Positions 1-13,156 of a DNA stretch of 51,792 bases are shown here, one piece after another. The position numbers and the translations under genes were made by a program. This DNA is from Octopus bimaculoides (taxonomy: Eukaryota): positions 55,371,249 to 55,423,040 of the forward strand of contig NC_068989.1 in assembly GCF_001194135.2 (NCBI RefSeq), in the 5' to 3' direction. The notes under the pieces were generated by a model. The model did not search any database, was not told where the DNA came from, and saw nothing but the letters and a program-made list of their open reading frames with translations. The stretch's first letter is position 1; each line of letters starts with the position of its first letter.

Positions 1-38
<38 letters not shown>

Positions 39-104
39 TCATACACACCTACATGTATATAGGCATATACACATGTAGACATGTACATACACGTACATGT
101 ATAT

Positions 105-325
105 ATATGAGATGTCGAGTTCGATCCCATAAACATGAGTCGATACAAGCGTGTGTGAGTGAAATTAGGTTAGGATTGTAGGTGCGGAATCGGCCCGGAA
201 TGTTTTTAATTTACTCACGAAGTCAGCCTGATTCCAAAACGGTTTGATATGTTGGGCTACGGTCTCTAGGAGTAAAGGTGAAAAAATGTGGCACACTAAC
301 ACACCGACATTCACATTTATTATAC
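105..325 (+). mobile_element. Possible 3' part of a Helentron-like non-autonomous element
   Basis: CpG-rich non-coding stretch ending in gacattcacatttattata; a similar end recurs at 556-603. The family assignment is by general resemblance only. Confidence 0.3.
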
Positions 326-333
326 TATATTAG

Positions 334-550
334 GGCGGAGAGCTGGCAGAATCGTTAGCACGCTGGTCGAAATGTTTAGCAGCATTTCGTCTACCGTTAG
401 GTTTAGAGTTCGAATTCCGCCGAGGTCAATTTTTGCCTTTCATCCTTTCGGGTTCGATAAAATTAGTACCAGTTACATACTGAGATCGATTTAATCAATT
501 TAATCCCTTCCCCCAATATTTGAGGCCTTGTGCTTCCAGTAGAAAGAATT
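334..550 (+). mobile_element. tRNA-derived SINE, family A
   Basis: GGCGG...CCGCC tRNA-like head with A-box (TGGCAGAATCG) and B-box (GAGTTCGAATTCC). Eight homologous copies occur in the window. Confidence 0.85.
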
Positions 551-643
551 TTTTAAAGTTGAAAAAGTGTGACACACTGACATTCACATTTTTTATATTA
601 GATATGTTTAATTTGGGAGAAACTTTATTTCAGTTAAAGTGTA

Positions 644-646
<3 letters not shown>

Positions 647-682
<36 letters not shown>
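647..682. repeat. (TG)n microsatellite
   Basis: Direct inspection. Confidence 0.95.
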
Positions 683-683
<1 letters not shown>

Positions 684-1208
684 ATTAAATAAAGCAAAAA
701 ATAAACCAAAAATGATGCAGTTCAGTATGTTGGCGACAGGAATTTCTGTCAAAGTTGTACATCATATCCCTCTTTTTCTCACATACCCACACTTTCTCTC
801 TCCCCCTCTCTATNNNNNNNNNNNNNNNNNNNNNNNNNNNNNNNNNNNNNNNNNNNNNNNNNNNNNNNNNNNNNNNNNNNNNNNNNNNNNNNNNNNNNNN
901 NNNNNNNNNNNNNNNNNNNNNNNNNNNNNNNNNNNNNNNNNNNNNNNNNNNNNNNNNNNNNNNNNNNNNNNNNNNNNNNNNNNNNNNNNNNNNNNNNNNN
1001 NNNNNNNNNNNNNNNNNNNNNNNNNNNNNNNNNNNNNNNNNNNNNNNNNNNNNNNNNNNNNNNNNNNNNNNNNNNNNNNNNNNNNNNNNNNNNNNNNNNN
1101 NNNNNNNNNNNNNNNNNNNNNNNNNNNNNNNNNNNNNNNNNNNNNNNNNNNNNNNNNNNNNNNNNNNNNNNNNNNNNNNNNNNNNNNNNNNNNNNNNNNN
1201 NNNNNNNN

Positions 1209-1257
<49 letters not shown>

Positions 1258-1681
1258 TATATATACGTACATATATATGTATATGTATGTGTGTCTCTGT
1301 GTGCGTGCGGCTGTGTGTGTCTGCGCGTACGTGTATGTGTGTTTACATGCTTTTTTTTCACTAGTCTTCTAAGTAGAAGCTAGCATTGCTGTTTGATTCA
1401 ATCTCAATCTATTACTAGTATATATTAATTAACTTACTAAGACTACGGTGTGTTACTGTAGTATTACTTGGCGTATAAAGCAGATTACTTGTAAACGACT
1501 GATACAGTGACGGAGCATTTTATGTCTATTTACAAAACTATAGCAATAACTTTCTTTAATTGTAACCGTGTTCTAATTTTTACCATTTCAAAACCCTATT
1601 TAAATTTATTTTATCTTATAATTATTGCTCTCATGCATCATATATTCTTAATAAATTTAATATAGCTTGTAGCATTTAGAC

Positions 1682-1723
<42 letters not shown>

Positions 1724-2049
1724 TTAAGGAATAGAACGAGAACCTCTAGCATGCTTCAGTTTTATAGCATACAGCGTACATAATTACGTCATTGAGCGAA
1801 ATATGTGATACTGTGCATAGGAAAATGAAATTGTTTAGGAATTAAATAAGACGATTTAGCCATTTGCATGAAAACAATAGTTAAGTCTGATATTAATATA
1901 TTTAGAGTTAATATATTTAATCAACAGGTCATTGAAAAGTTAATTGAAAATTAACATGCATTAAGGAAATCTTGATATTGGTCAATGACTAATATTATTT
2001 TCATTTATCCTGTAAACTTCAGAAGACAACACCGGATGTGTTTCCATAT

Positions 2050-3290
2050 CATTCTGACTTCCTCAGCTAAGAGTATCTTTCACTGGTCTTAAATAGAGAT
2101 GATTCATTTGTATAAGAAACAGTCTTTCCTGTTGTCATCTTACCGATCATTTGTTTTTATCTGATTCATAGTATTACAGCTAGACTTGAGCTGGTGTTCA
2201 GCTGGTATTGACCTGAAGATTGAGCGAACATTGAACTGACGTGGAGCTGCATTCTTTGGTGCCGTAGGATGTCGTTATTTTACGTTCTGTGACATCACCT
2301 GGGCGTCATTATTGTAACAACATGTCTAAGTCATAATATGCTCGAGAAAATTGTTTGTTTCTACTTTGAGTTGTTAACAACCAATACCTTGTTCAAGGCA
2401 CAAATTTTGGGGAGGTAACAATCAAAAACATTGAAGAAATACGGAGAAATTTTCTTAAGAAGCTGCTTATTTTAGGGTAACTCGTGAAATTGCTGATAAT
2501 CATTCAAAAATTACGAAATTTATAACTGCTCAAGTGAAAAATATTCCTCTTCAAAATATGCCCATGTCGTAGTCAGTTATATTGTATGAGATTACTAGCC
2601 CATCATATCTGTACAATCCGGAACAATGTCTTGGTGTACTTTCTGATATGTCGCGGATGAACAATTTCACGGGGTCGGTAGCCTCATCTCCATCCATAGC
2701 TCCATTGTAGCTCCGTATGGAAACAAGAAACAAGAGTTCGCCCTAAGTTTTAACCCAGTCGAGTCTTCGTAGCAAAGGTGACATTCGTAATTATCCTGCT
2801 GTCTAGATGAATAATTGTGGTGAGTTATCTCCTAAAATCCCAGAGTTTCAGAAGTAAGTTAGACATAGATGAGCAAAAGACCAATGTCGATTTGAGTGGA
2901 ACTGAAGGACATTTTACTTTTGATGCTGTGAAACCAGTTGAAAATGATGGCACTGCTCTTCCAGTGTTTTGATAATGTCATATTCCTAATTTCGAGGTTA
3001 ACTGATAATTATTCATAATTCGCTTTGGGAGGGTGTGATTAACCTACTTCCTCAGCAGGAGAGAGAAAATCGGCCTTGTAGTCCTTGATAGGCTTATGGG
3101 AGGCGGGGTGATCGACGAGTTCTTCTGTACCAGGGGTTTCCCAGCGCTGATACCATAGCAGATCTCCCATCCCTAGTACTGTAGACATTCCCCCATTCCT
3201 GGTACTATTGTGCTTCTCCCATCCCTTGTGTTGTAGCGCCTGATGTCTTATACTGTAGAGATTCCCTTCTTCTGGTCTGTACTTGACTCG
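2050..3290 (-). mobile_element. Degraded Penelope-like retroelement (RT region, possibly a GIY-YIG remnant)
   Basis: Frameshifted peptides KDYKADF...SHPPK, LSKHWKSSAIIFNWFHSIKSK, GAMDGDEATDPVKLFI and GLYRYDGL follow the order of PLE RT motifs (LKDHK.NF...INP.K; NQW.NT..VI.WF; MG.YDGAE.CELVGL; GLYRDDGL). Many stops. Confidence 0.65.
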
Positions 3291-4289
3291 CAACCTAATA
3301 TAGTAGAGTTTCTCTTATTGGTTCTGTTTTGTAAAAAGAACGACGATTATTTCATTTACTATATATCTAGTCAGAAGTTTGTTAGGTCGTTGGAAATTAA
3401 CTTGATTCGTTTCGCAGCGTTTATTCTTTTAATTACTTCTATTTAAGTAAAGCAATTAACTCTTCAAGAACATTGTACAATGGAATATTATGTTTATTTA
3501 GTGTTCTACTATTCTTACGCCATCCTCTACCTCCACCCCACACATATATGTTTCCCTGCGTGGGAGGGGGGACGAGTTGTTGGAGTATTTAAGTGTGCTT
3601 GAGTGTGTGTGTGCTTATACCAGTTTTAATGTTGTTTTGATTCATGTGTTTATGCAGATATATGTGTGTAAATGCGCGTGCGCATGTGCATGAGTAATAG
3701 TGCGTTTAGGTATGTGCTGAAATGTTGTTGTTACTGTTGTTTAGCTTCAACTCATCCTAATCAAACACGTCTATAATCAAAGACATTCCATCCGTGGCTA
3801 CCACACTTTTTTTGACAGGATTTCTGTACTCTTGACTAAGTCCACTTCGAAGGCAGTAGCATATGATTTGAGGAAGATCTGGCTACTATGTCTAGCAATA
3901 TGAGGGATTATTTAAGGACTTGTCTCATTTCAATATCTGAAAGCCGTAAACAGAATTTAGTTCAGTCACTTCAGAGAAGCATGCCAAAACCTCGGGCTCC
4001 TTGTTGATGAACACTGAGATAAAACACTACAAGGTGCCAAATCTTCCAAATTCCATCAAAATTTTGCTTAATTTTCTCGCCATACACATCTTCTTATATC
4101 AAAACATAAAATCCAATATACCAGGTAACCAAAAGAATTTGTGCAGTTTTGGAACAGTTCACAACAGTGACATTTTCCCATATATGCTAGTTTCCAGTGC
4201 TAAAATTTCCAGAAGCCAGTGATACATACCAGTCAATCAGAGTGCTCTTTTACAATCTGTGTCTCTTTTCTATAAATTTAGACCCTTCT

Positions 4290-5310
4290 GAAAAGTTAGC
4301 TGAACGTAATGTCATTCGTGCTGATTTACTTTATGAGTTCAAACTTGGTTTAAAAGCTGTAATGGCGGCACGTAAGATATGCAAAACATCTGGAAAACAT
4401 CCAGCAACAGAACGTACTTGTTTGCAATATTTGTTTCCGGGGATGAACACCAAACGATGTTCCTCTCTTGAAGATGGACAACGTAAGGGAAGAGATCTCC
4501 ATTATTGATATTTAAGAGTTGTTTGTTGCTGTTGAATATAATTCTAAAATAATGTGTCGAGAACTTTTACAAATGTTCAATATATGTGCTGAAACTGTTA
4601 ACTTATAATTGCTTCAACAAGGAGAATCGTGGAATCTGAGCAAATGGGCTCTACATGCATTATCAGACGACAATAAACTTCAGAGGCTATTAATTTGTTC
4701 TTAGCTCATTTCACTTTAACAAAAAGGAAGAAAACGAGCCATTTTTTAGTTGTTTACTCATTTGTGATGAAAAATGTGTCTTATGCTCAACGAAGAAAAG
4801 GGCACGACCATGATTAGTGGGCCTGTATTGTCCACTATGAGTTTTTCGTTGTAGGCCAAACAATTATGGCTGAAATCTACTCCATGCAACTTAAGTTTGT
4901 GCAGGATAGTTTGCTCCAGAAGCAGCCAGGTTTAGTTAACTAAAATAAAATGGTATTCGTACAAGACAATACAACGCTTTATACTACAAAGCTGACCTGT
5001 GAGCCAATTTATACTTTGAGATGGCATCTACTCTCGTTTGCATCACATTCTTCAGACATTTCTCCTCTTTTTTCGTCGCTAAACAATCATATGCAAAACA
5101 GAAAGGGAAGAAGGTAGCCAGGTTTTTATTTCTCTTCTAAAGACAAAACGTTATGTAAGTAAGACTAAACAAATATGTTTCTCGATGGGAAAGGATGGTG
5201 TCATTTTGTGAAGGTACATATTTAGATGAGTAATACATGCAGTAAACATTTCTGTAGTTGCTCAATTTTTATTATAAAGCACAGCACAAACTTTTTTGGT
5301 TACTAGATAT
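4290..5310 (+). mobile_element. Degraded mariner (DD34D-type) transposon
   Basis: LLYEFKLGLKAVMAARKI (mariner HTH), ICDEK (first D, ~4765), VHYEF, VQDN (second D) and HSSDISP (YSPDLAP-like) occur in order. A TIR-like caaactttt...actaga lies at ~5288-5310; the left end is uncertain. Confidence 0.8.
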
Positions 5311-5399
5311 TTGTTGGGAAAAGTACAAGGAATCTATGTCAGAAGACAACTCACATAAAGACTCGGAACAATACGGATAGCCCTCAGTCGATCCCCATA

Positions 5400-7150
5400 G
5401 AGGATACATTCAACTTTATTCGTTGCTAAATGGAAGATTTGGTAGAGCTAATGTGTGGAATATCGTTCAATATTTGCATGCAGTCGCCAAAAAGACAGCA
5501 TCCCTTGTGCGGTGTTCAGAGAAGCATTGTACAGAAGCATTTATTTGGGTGAATATAATAAAGAACATGAGTCAAAACTGATGCCAAATCAAAGAAATTA
5601 CTATAAAGAAATAAACTGATCGATCTCCAGAAAAGGGATCCAGGATTCTTTTCTTAAATGCATCTGAAGAAACTAACAATGTATTTCTTACCAACATGAT
5701 CTTTCCAAAATATCTCTTGCTGCTGATTCTCGCTGCGTAGGTGTAACACTTTCGACAGATTGAAGAGCTGCTCAGTTCATTAAATTTAACATCCTGCATC
5801 ATTAGCATGTATCCAAGGTACCTAAGTATGACAGTTGTCCACAAAAGTTATCAAGTGATTGTGTGAAAGGAATATACAACCTTACATTGATGCACAGATT
5901 CAGAGATTAAGAGACATGAAACCCAGTGATATCATAAGCGAAATAACGCTGTTGTTTGCAGTGGTCTCCACCAAATTCTGCTGAATGAGAGATATTTGCT
6001 GTTGTCTGTACTCGTTATGAAAACAGTTTCCCTTCGTTGGCTTACAAACTATTCATAAGGAAGACTGTGTAGAGTTTCTGTCTTCTTCCATCGCTGATGT
6101 GACACAGATTAAAGAATTTGCTTGAAATGTTTTCTCTCCTGCAGCAATCCATATCCGTAACGTAATATCCCAAACCTATTGTAGCTTTCCCAAGTAAGGA
6201 AGCAGCATAATGATCACATTCTATTCTGTAGTGAGCCAATTTTTCCGTCAAGCACCGAATCTTGGAACCATTCTTTTTTTTTTTTTTTTTACAGGAACAC
6301 ATATTAGATATTCCTGAAGCAAAAATTACCCATTGTTCTTAGAAATGCACCTTTTCAACTTTGCAATAAGCCTCGTCCGATAGCTTTAAAAATGCTTCCA
6401 CGCGTTATAGAAGCAAATAGTTATGACAGGACGGGTCAAGTAGAAGTTTTTATGTTTTCCTTTCAAGAGTTCCTCTCTTCTCGATAGAAATATCTTGCAA
6501 AGTTAAACAACTTCAATTTCAACTACATCTTTCTTTTGCAGAACAAAATTATGAAATTACTCGAATATAAATTTGGAATCACGTAACTTTTCTCATGCTC
6601 AACTGGATGTTATATTGCTCAGAGTTAGAAACAGCAGAAAATTATTTTTATTAACTAGCAGGAAAAAAAGAATGATGTATAGCCGCAAGCATTGCAATAA
6701 ACTTTGAAAAGTAAGTAAATGATCGGAAAAAATAATTCATTAAAGTAATTGTGTAAATTACTAGAATATTTTTTTAATTAATATTTTCTCAGAAAATAAA
6801 AAATGTAAGTCAATGAGAGTTACCTTTACGTTCGTTTCTCGATGCTGCCAAAGTTCAACAATTCCTCAGCACAATCTCTCGCCATTTGCTACATCAGTCA
6901 TCTTCGTGACGTACAACCTTCTGAGATAAGCCTTCATTAATTATTGCCAAGTCAATATTAGTCTCTCTCTTCTGCAGGTTTCCAGTACATTGGATTGCTT
7001 GGCAATACTTTACGCAATTGCCATCCTTCGTACAGGAAATTCCAACAAACATCTGGTTGTAAACTCCTTTCTTTATGAGCTGGAAAACTGAGTCATGATG
7101 TATATCAACCTGCACGCTAAATTCTTCGCTGATCTCGTTCTCAGATGTGG
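5400..7150 (-). mobile_element. Possible highly decayed hAT-like transposase
   Basis: Fragmentary minus-strand peptides (EIFWK...LASVLTHVL..HPN; a Cys-containing segment at ~7000-7090) are reminiscent of hAT dimerisation and BED regions. No TIRs found. Confidence 0.35.
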
Positions 7151-7159
7151 CTGTGTGGT

Positions 7160-7560
7160 AAGAAGCTTGCTTTCCAGCCACATGGTTCCGGATTTAGTCC
7201 CACTGCGTGACACCTTAGACAACTGTCTTCTTCTATAGCTTTGGGCTGACCAAAATTTTGTGAATACATTTGGTAGACGAAGACCGTCATATGTGTGTGC
7301 GTGCGTGCGAGCCTGCGTGAGCATGTGCGTGTGTATGTCTAAGTGTTTGTATTTGTCCCCCGCAACCACTTGACAACCGGTGTGGTATGATTACCTCCTC
7401 GTAACTTAGCGGTTTGGCAAAAGAGATCGAAAGAATAAGTGCCAAGCTTTAAAAAAAAGTAAAAATAAGTACTGGGGTCGATTCATTCAACTAAAGATTC
7501 TTCAAAGTGGTGTCACAGAATGGCCGCAGTCTAATGACTAAAACAGGTAAACGATAAAAA
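7160..7560 (+). mobile_element. SINE family C (CORE-like box, internal microsatellite, gcatggccgcagtc tail)
   Basis: Homologous to the copies at 9175-9475, 26380-27950 and 28420-28900. Confidence 0.75.
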
Positions 7561-7933
7561 ATTTTAAAAAATGATTCCCATTTTACTGACAGCATCTCTA
7601 TACATGGCTTACATAATTCTCACAAATTTTTGTAGCTTCTGCCGATATTTCGTGGATCTGAATTTAGTTTTCTGTAACATTCTCTAACAGCATTTTCTGT
7701 CATGTATACTTGTCTCTGTGTATATGTGTGTTTGTGTGTGCTCGTGCGTGCGTGTGTATGTGTGTATGTGTGTTTGTGCGTGTATGAGTGTGTGTGTGTG
7801 TTAAAACAATGCTATTATTTTAAAGCAGTTGCAAGACTAATAACCAAGCAGTCGCTATTGATACGAATCTATATTGAGACTAGAGTCGAATTTATAGCAA
7901 TGTTCACGCTGACAGAGAGTTCAAGATCTTTAC

Positions 7934-7968
<35 letters not shown>

Positions 7969-8336
7969 TCACATCCACCCATCTATTTATCCATACATAC
8001 ATACATAGATACACAACTCCCCACCCACCATGCACACAAACACAAACACACACACACATTCACAGACTTTATGTGGCATTGCCGAAATTCTAATCCTGTC
8101 CCTGGCTGATCACACTGACAATTGCCAACATGTCCTTTTTTTAAATATATACATTGAATATGAGCTATTTTGATGGTCAAAGAAACTGAGCGTTTTTAAC
8201 TTCTCTATTTTTATTTAATTTCTATTGTACATACATCTAGTTGATTATTATTGTAACATGTTTTAATCTTGCTTAAAACTGCTTCGTGCTGTATTTTGTG
8301 AAAATTTTAGAGTATCGCTTTAACATATTATAAATA

Positions 8337-8849
8337 ACTAGCTCAAAAGCCGCACTCCGCGCGGACTTTCAAGCTTGCTCCTGCGAAGAGCTAATTGAAC
8401 TTGCAGCCCAAAACTAAAGAGTGCTAAATAGTATTACAATAATACGTCTATAATGTCTATATGCCCTGGTGGTATTTTTAACATTACACCAATGGTACAT
8501 ATGAAGATGGATAAGGAGGGATGAGAATTAATTCTGTAATCATTCTATTGTTCCAGTCCCAAGTTGAATTCCGACTGTTGACCAATTTGTCCCAAAGTTC
8601 ATATCGTGACGTAAAAATTAACGCAGAGAATGTTCCCCACCACTTGATCTGACAAACGCTAACTAAGATGGCGTGAACCAGCAATGCTTTACTTGTTAGA
8701 AATAGCAACTCAAATACTTTTAAATCAGATCCCAATGCTGGATGTTCAAGAACCGAATGAAGGGCAGATTTTCAACCCAAAATGTAAAATATGTCTAGGT
8801 GGAGCAAATGTAGACGGACAGACAGAATTTTGCTTTTATTAATATAGAG
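8337..8849 (+). mobile_element. Helentron-associated (HINE/DINE-1-like) non-autonomous element
   Basis: 5' ACTAG followed by the GC palindrome TCCGCGCGGA (8356-8365); a gacggacagacag repeat near the 3' end; terminus ttttattaatatagag. Confidence 0.45.
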
Positions 8850-9174
8850 GGTGTAAAAACAGAAAATTAATTAACCAGGTGCATAATTATCGTGTGATGT
8901 TAGTCAACCACGAAATGCATAAATTCTGTACTTGAGGTAATGGATACGGCTTTAAAAAAGCCATAAAAATATGAAGTTTGATATTTGAGATTCGTACTTC
9001 AAATGATGCACTTCAGGTAAAGTTCACTGAGGACAGATAACTTTATTTTGCGTTTGTCAACGTTTGGAAAGATCATATCCCCTAAAAAGCATTAAGAGAT
9101 GACTGTCAACGTTATCCTTGGTACAGACACTCTCAAGAAGACATATGAAAAATTTATATTTTACCTTTACTTAT

Positions 9175-9475
9175 TCCAGTCATCTGGTTGCGGCCATGCT
9201 GGAGCACCACCTTGAAGGGTCTTAATCGAACAAATCGATTTTTAAGTCTAGTACTTATTCTATCGGTTTCTTTTGTCGAACCGCTATGTTATGGGGGCGT
9301 AAACACACTATCACCGGTTTGTCAAGCGGTAGAGGTTGACAAACGCAAATACAAACACACACACACACACATAGATATATAGATATACGACTGGCTTCTT
9401 TCAGTTTCCGCCAGCCAAATCCTATCACAAGGCTTTGTTCGATCCGAGGCTATAGTAGAAAACACATGCCTAAGG
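9175..9475 (-). mobile_element. SINE family C, 5'-truncated
   Basis: Reverse complement of the family C body and tail. Confidence 0.75.
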
Positions 9476-9495
9476 TCTACCCTATGAGTCGTATA

Positions 9496-11759
9496 AGAGT
9501 ATGCCAGATTTGTTCGGGCACCTGCTGGCGAATGTCTATGCGAACTGGCAGCAGAACGGGTTTATTCCCAGATCTGTGCACCGGGGAATGGTGACGCTTG
9601 TCAGAAAAGACCCGAACAAGGGGGATTCCGTTGATAATTTTCGGCCCATCACTCTGCTAAACGCAGAGTTGAAGATTTTGGCCATAGTGTTATCGAAAAG
9701 ATTGGCGTGTGTCGCAGATGGTTTGATTGACGGTTAGGCGGACAGACATGTGCCGTTCCCGGCAGAACCATCCAGGATAATCTCCATCTTATACAGTACA
9801 CTTTAGAGGGGTTTAATAGTGATTCTGGCAAGGGTGGGGCACTGATCCACTTAGACCAATCAAAAGCGTTCGATAGGGCTGACCATCGGTACCTGGTGTC
9901 CGTTCTGGCGCAGTTCGGCCTGGGTCTTGGCTTCCTCAGGTGGATCATTCAGATTTATGACGACGTCGACTCGGTAGTTCGGGTGAACGGCTTCTTATCG
10001 AAGCCGTTCGACATCAAACGCTCGGTTCGTCAAGGGTGTCCGCTCTCTCCGCAAGGGTATGTAATGGCTCTTGAGCCATTACTGCGAAAATTGAGCTGCA
10101 TCCCGAGACAGCCAGGTTGTGGAGAGTCGATTTCAGCTTACGTGGATGACATCACCATCATCGTAACCGAAATGGATCACCTGCAGAGGATAGGCAAGGC
10201 CATTAAGGTTTACGGGACGGTGGCAGGAGCAACGGTTNNNNNNNNNNNNNNNNNNNNNNNNNNNNNNNNNNNNNNNNNNNNNNNNNNNNNNNNNNNNNNN
10301 NNNNNNNNNNNNNNNNNNNNNNNNNNNNNNNNNNNNNNNNNNNNNNNNNNNNNNNNNNNNNNNNNNNNNNNNNNNNNNNNNNNNNNNNNNNNNNNNNNNN
10401 NNNNNNNNNNNNNNNNNNNNNNNNNNNNNNNNNNNNNNNNNNNNNNNNNNNNNNNNNNNNNNNNNNNNNNNNNNNNNNNNNNNNNNNNNNNNNNNNNNNN
10501 NNNNNNNNNNNNNNNNNNNNNNNNNNNNNNNNNNNNNNNNNNNNNNNNNNNNNNNNNNNNNNNNNNNNNNNNNNNNNNNNNNNNNNNNNNNNNNNNNNNN
10601 NNNNNNNNNNNNNNNNNNNNNNNNNNNNNNNNNNNGTGAGACGTTCTATTTGCTGCCAACAACTATTAAAGAGTGGACTAGGGATGCCTTGGCTGTTGAT
10701 GCGCAGACATGCGCTGAGGTTGAGGCATCTGTGGCTCTACTTGGATGGTGTGGTCTCCGCTAGCGAAATGGATGTTTCCCTAGTTCACTAGTTTCGGTGG
10801 ACGGGAAACCTGGTTCTATCGAAGATCGAAGTTGGGTACATGGTTTACGGAGTGTCGCAAGGCTCTCCTGCTATTTCGTCGCTCGGGCAACGCCTGCGGT
10901 GGAGGTTCCGCCGCATTTTTTTATAGAGGGCTTGTAGAGGCGGAATGTGACGACACCTTAGGGGAAACCCTAGGTCTCGACGATAATCAGCTGGCCAGTC
11001 TGTTTCAACGTGCATTCGGGCCGAAGACCCTGGACAACTTTCAGAAGTCTCTGGCATGGCAAGGAGCCTTACCTGTTCGGCACAAGCTCACAAGGCATGG
11101 TGGCCACGGCCCTTCGACCTGTCCAAGATGTGAGCGGGATAGGGAAACCGTCCCACACGCTATTGTTCAGTGTTCGGAGGTGTCAGACGTATGGGTTTAT
11201 GCTGAATAACTGTTGTCAAGTGCAAAGAGAGTACAGCTATCGACTGAGTCTATAGTAAAAACTGACCGCCTGATTTCCTATCGAAAGAAGGTACGAATTG
11301 TTTTCTCATTGTAATAGCAATTACGAGAGAGGTGATTTGAAAGACGAGGCTGAAAGGGTTAGAGTCAGGCACCTTCATCTCTGGCTCTGAATTGGCGAAT
11401 TACTTCACCTTTCACCTTAAAAGGAAAATAGGGCTAGAGAGAAAATGCCTGACTGTGAAAATGTTCGAAAATCAATGGAAGAATGTAGCACGGATGTTAC
11501 GTGTGAATGTAAACTCATGAATGCGACACAGGACGTATCCCAGGTATCAGTGGCGAGGCAGGGCTCGTGGGGTCCGGATTAACCCCCCTCCCCACTCCAT
11601 CCGTAATGTCTTCCAGTCTGTCCTATTATTCGATTTCCTTATATTTTCATATCTTGTGAATTTTTAATCTCGTATTTATGTTTATGACCATTCGATCATC
11701 TGACCCGAAATCAGATTGTGTTGTCCCCTTCTATGTTGTCCCCTTGTGGGAAACAAAAA
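9496..11759 (+). mobile_element. 5'-truncated L1/Tx1-clade LINE ORF2 remnant (RT plus C-terminal zinc knuckle)
   Basis: FRPITLLNAELKIL, LDQSKAFDR, VRQGCPLSP and YVDDIT RT motifs, plus CPRC...ETVPHAIVQC zinc finger. Stops and frameshifts are present, with a gap at 10238-10635. An A-rich end at ~11750-11759 is tentatively the 3' end. Confidence 0.9.
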
Positions 11760-11769
11760 ATTTACTTAT

Positions 11770-12566
11770 TCTTAGTGCACGTTTGTAGAGAGCAGTTCGA
11801 TTTTAACAGTTATTTTTTCAAAGCTATAATGGAAGTGGCAAAGGAGCCTATTCGGCATATTTTGCTTTATAAGTTCAATAAAAGCAACGACGCAACGGAA
11901 AGTGCGAGGAATATTAATGCAGTATATGGGGATCAGACAATAAGCGTAAGCCAGTGACAACAGTAGTTCCAGAAATTCGGCGCCGGAAATTACGGCCTAG
12001 AAGACGAGCTTCGTCACTGGAAGATGTGTAGAGCTCGACGAGGATCCTGCAAAACCTGGTGGAACAAAATCCCATCGTAACTGTTGAGCAAAGAAGCTTG
12101 AATTTGATCATTCAACCATTCATCAACACCAGCACTAGAAGTAAAACAACCATCTTTACTTTCAAGGCGAAAGATGTTCTTCTATCAGGATAATGCTTGG
12201 TTACATACAGCGAGGATGACATTCCAAAGGCTGGAGCAGTTTGAATGTCAAACGATGCTCCATCCGTCATATTCGCCGGACATTGCCCCATCTAATTATC
12301 AATTTATTCCGCAGTCTTCAAAATCATTTGGACGGAAGAAATATGAACTCTGTGGACGAGATCAGAACAGTTCTGGAGGAATATTTTTCGTCACAGACAA
12401 GTGAATTTTGGAAGAGGAGCCTTGCATGTCTACTAGATAGATGTAAGAGCATTGTAGAAACTGAAGGAGAGTATATTTTAGATTAAAAAAGAACTTTGTT
12501 TATCTTAATTTCGAAGCATAAAAGAAGCTTTTAAAAAAACCGCATTACTTATGGGATGACCCAGTA
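11770..12566 (+). mobile_element. Internally deleted mariner transposon (right TIR present)
   Basis: IRHILLYKFNK..ATESARNIN (HTH), QDNA, YSPDIAPS and C-terminal EGEYILD*. Right TIR ccgcattacttatgggatgacccagTA at ~12540-12566. The segment containing WVPHEL and the first D is missing. Confidence 0.85.
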
Positions 12567-12725
12567 CAAGAAAACGTGAGTTAAAAGACCATTTTTAAAG
12601 CATTCCACGAAAATGTACAAATTCCTACCGACATGTTGAAATGGTTTAGATTGTAACATTGGTTTCAAATCGCTGGATGGACTGAAGTATCATCTCGGAA
12701 CTCATTCGCGAAGAGAGAACGTATA

Positions 12726-12925
12726 TTCTTTTCTACTTTAGGCACAAGGCCTGAAATTTTGTGGGGAAGGGACCAGTCGATTAGATCGATTCCAGTACAC
12801 AACTGGTACTTAGTTTTTCGACCTCAAAAGGATGAAAGGTATAGTCGACCTCGGCGGAATTAGAACTCAGAACGTAAAGACAGACGAAATACCACTAAGC
12901 ATTTCGCCCAGAGTACTAACGTTTC
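12726..12925 (-). mobile_element. SINE family A, head truncated
   Basis: Homology to 334-550. Confidence 0.85.
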
Positions 12926-13156
12926 TTATTTCTTTACTGCCCACCAGGGGCTACACACAGAGGGAACAAACGAGGACAGATTAAAGGACTAAGTCGATTA
13001 TATCGACCCAGTGTACAACTGGTACTTATTTAATCGATCCCGAAAGGATGAAAGGCAAATTCGACCTCGGCGGAATTTGAACTCAGAACGTAACGACAGA
13101 CGAAATACCGCTAAGCATTTTGCCCGGCGTGCTAACGGTTCTGCCAGCTCGCCGCC
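12926..13156 (-). mobile_element. SINE family A with an alternative 3' tail
   Basis: Intact GGCGG...CCGCC head; the tail differs from the other copies. Confidence 0.85.

Noticed and set aside
334-420. tRNA-like sequences with A and B boxes (also at 13.1, 16.4, 21.6, 22.8 and 24.7 kb)
   Set aside because: They are SINE heads joined to repeat bodies and lack a proper cloverleaf or anticodon arm.
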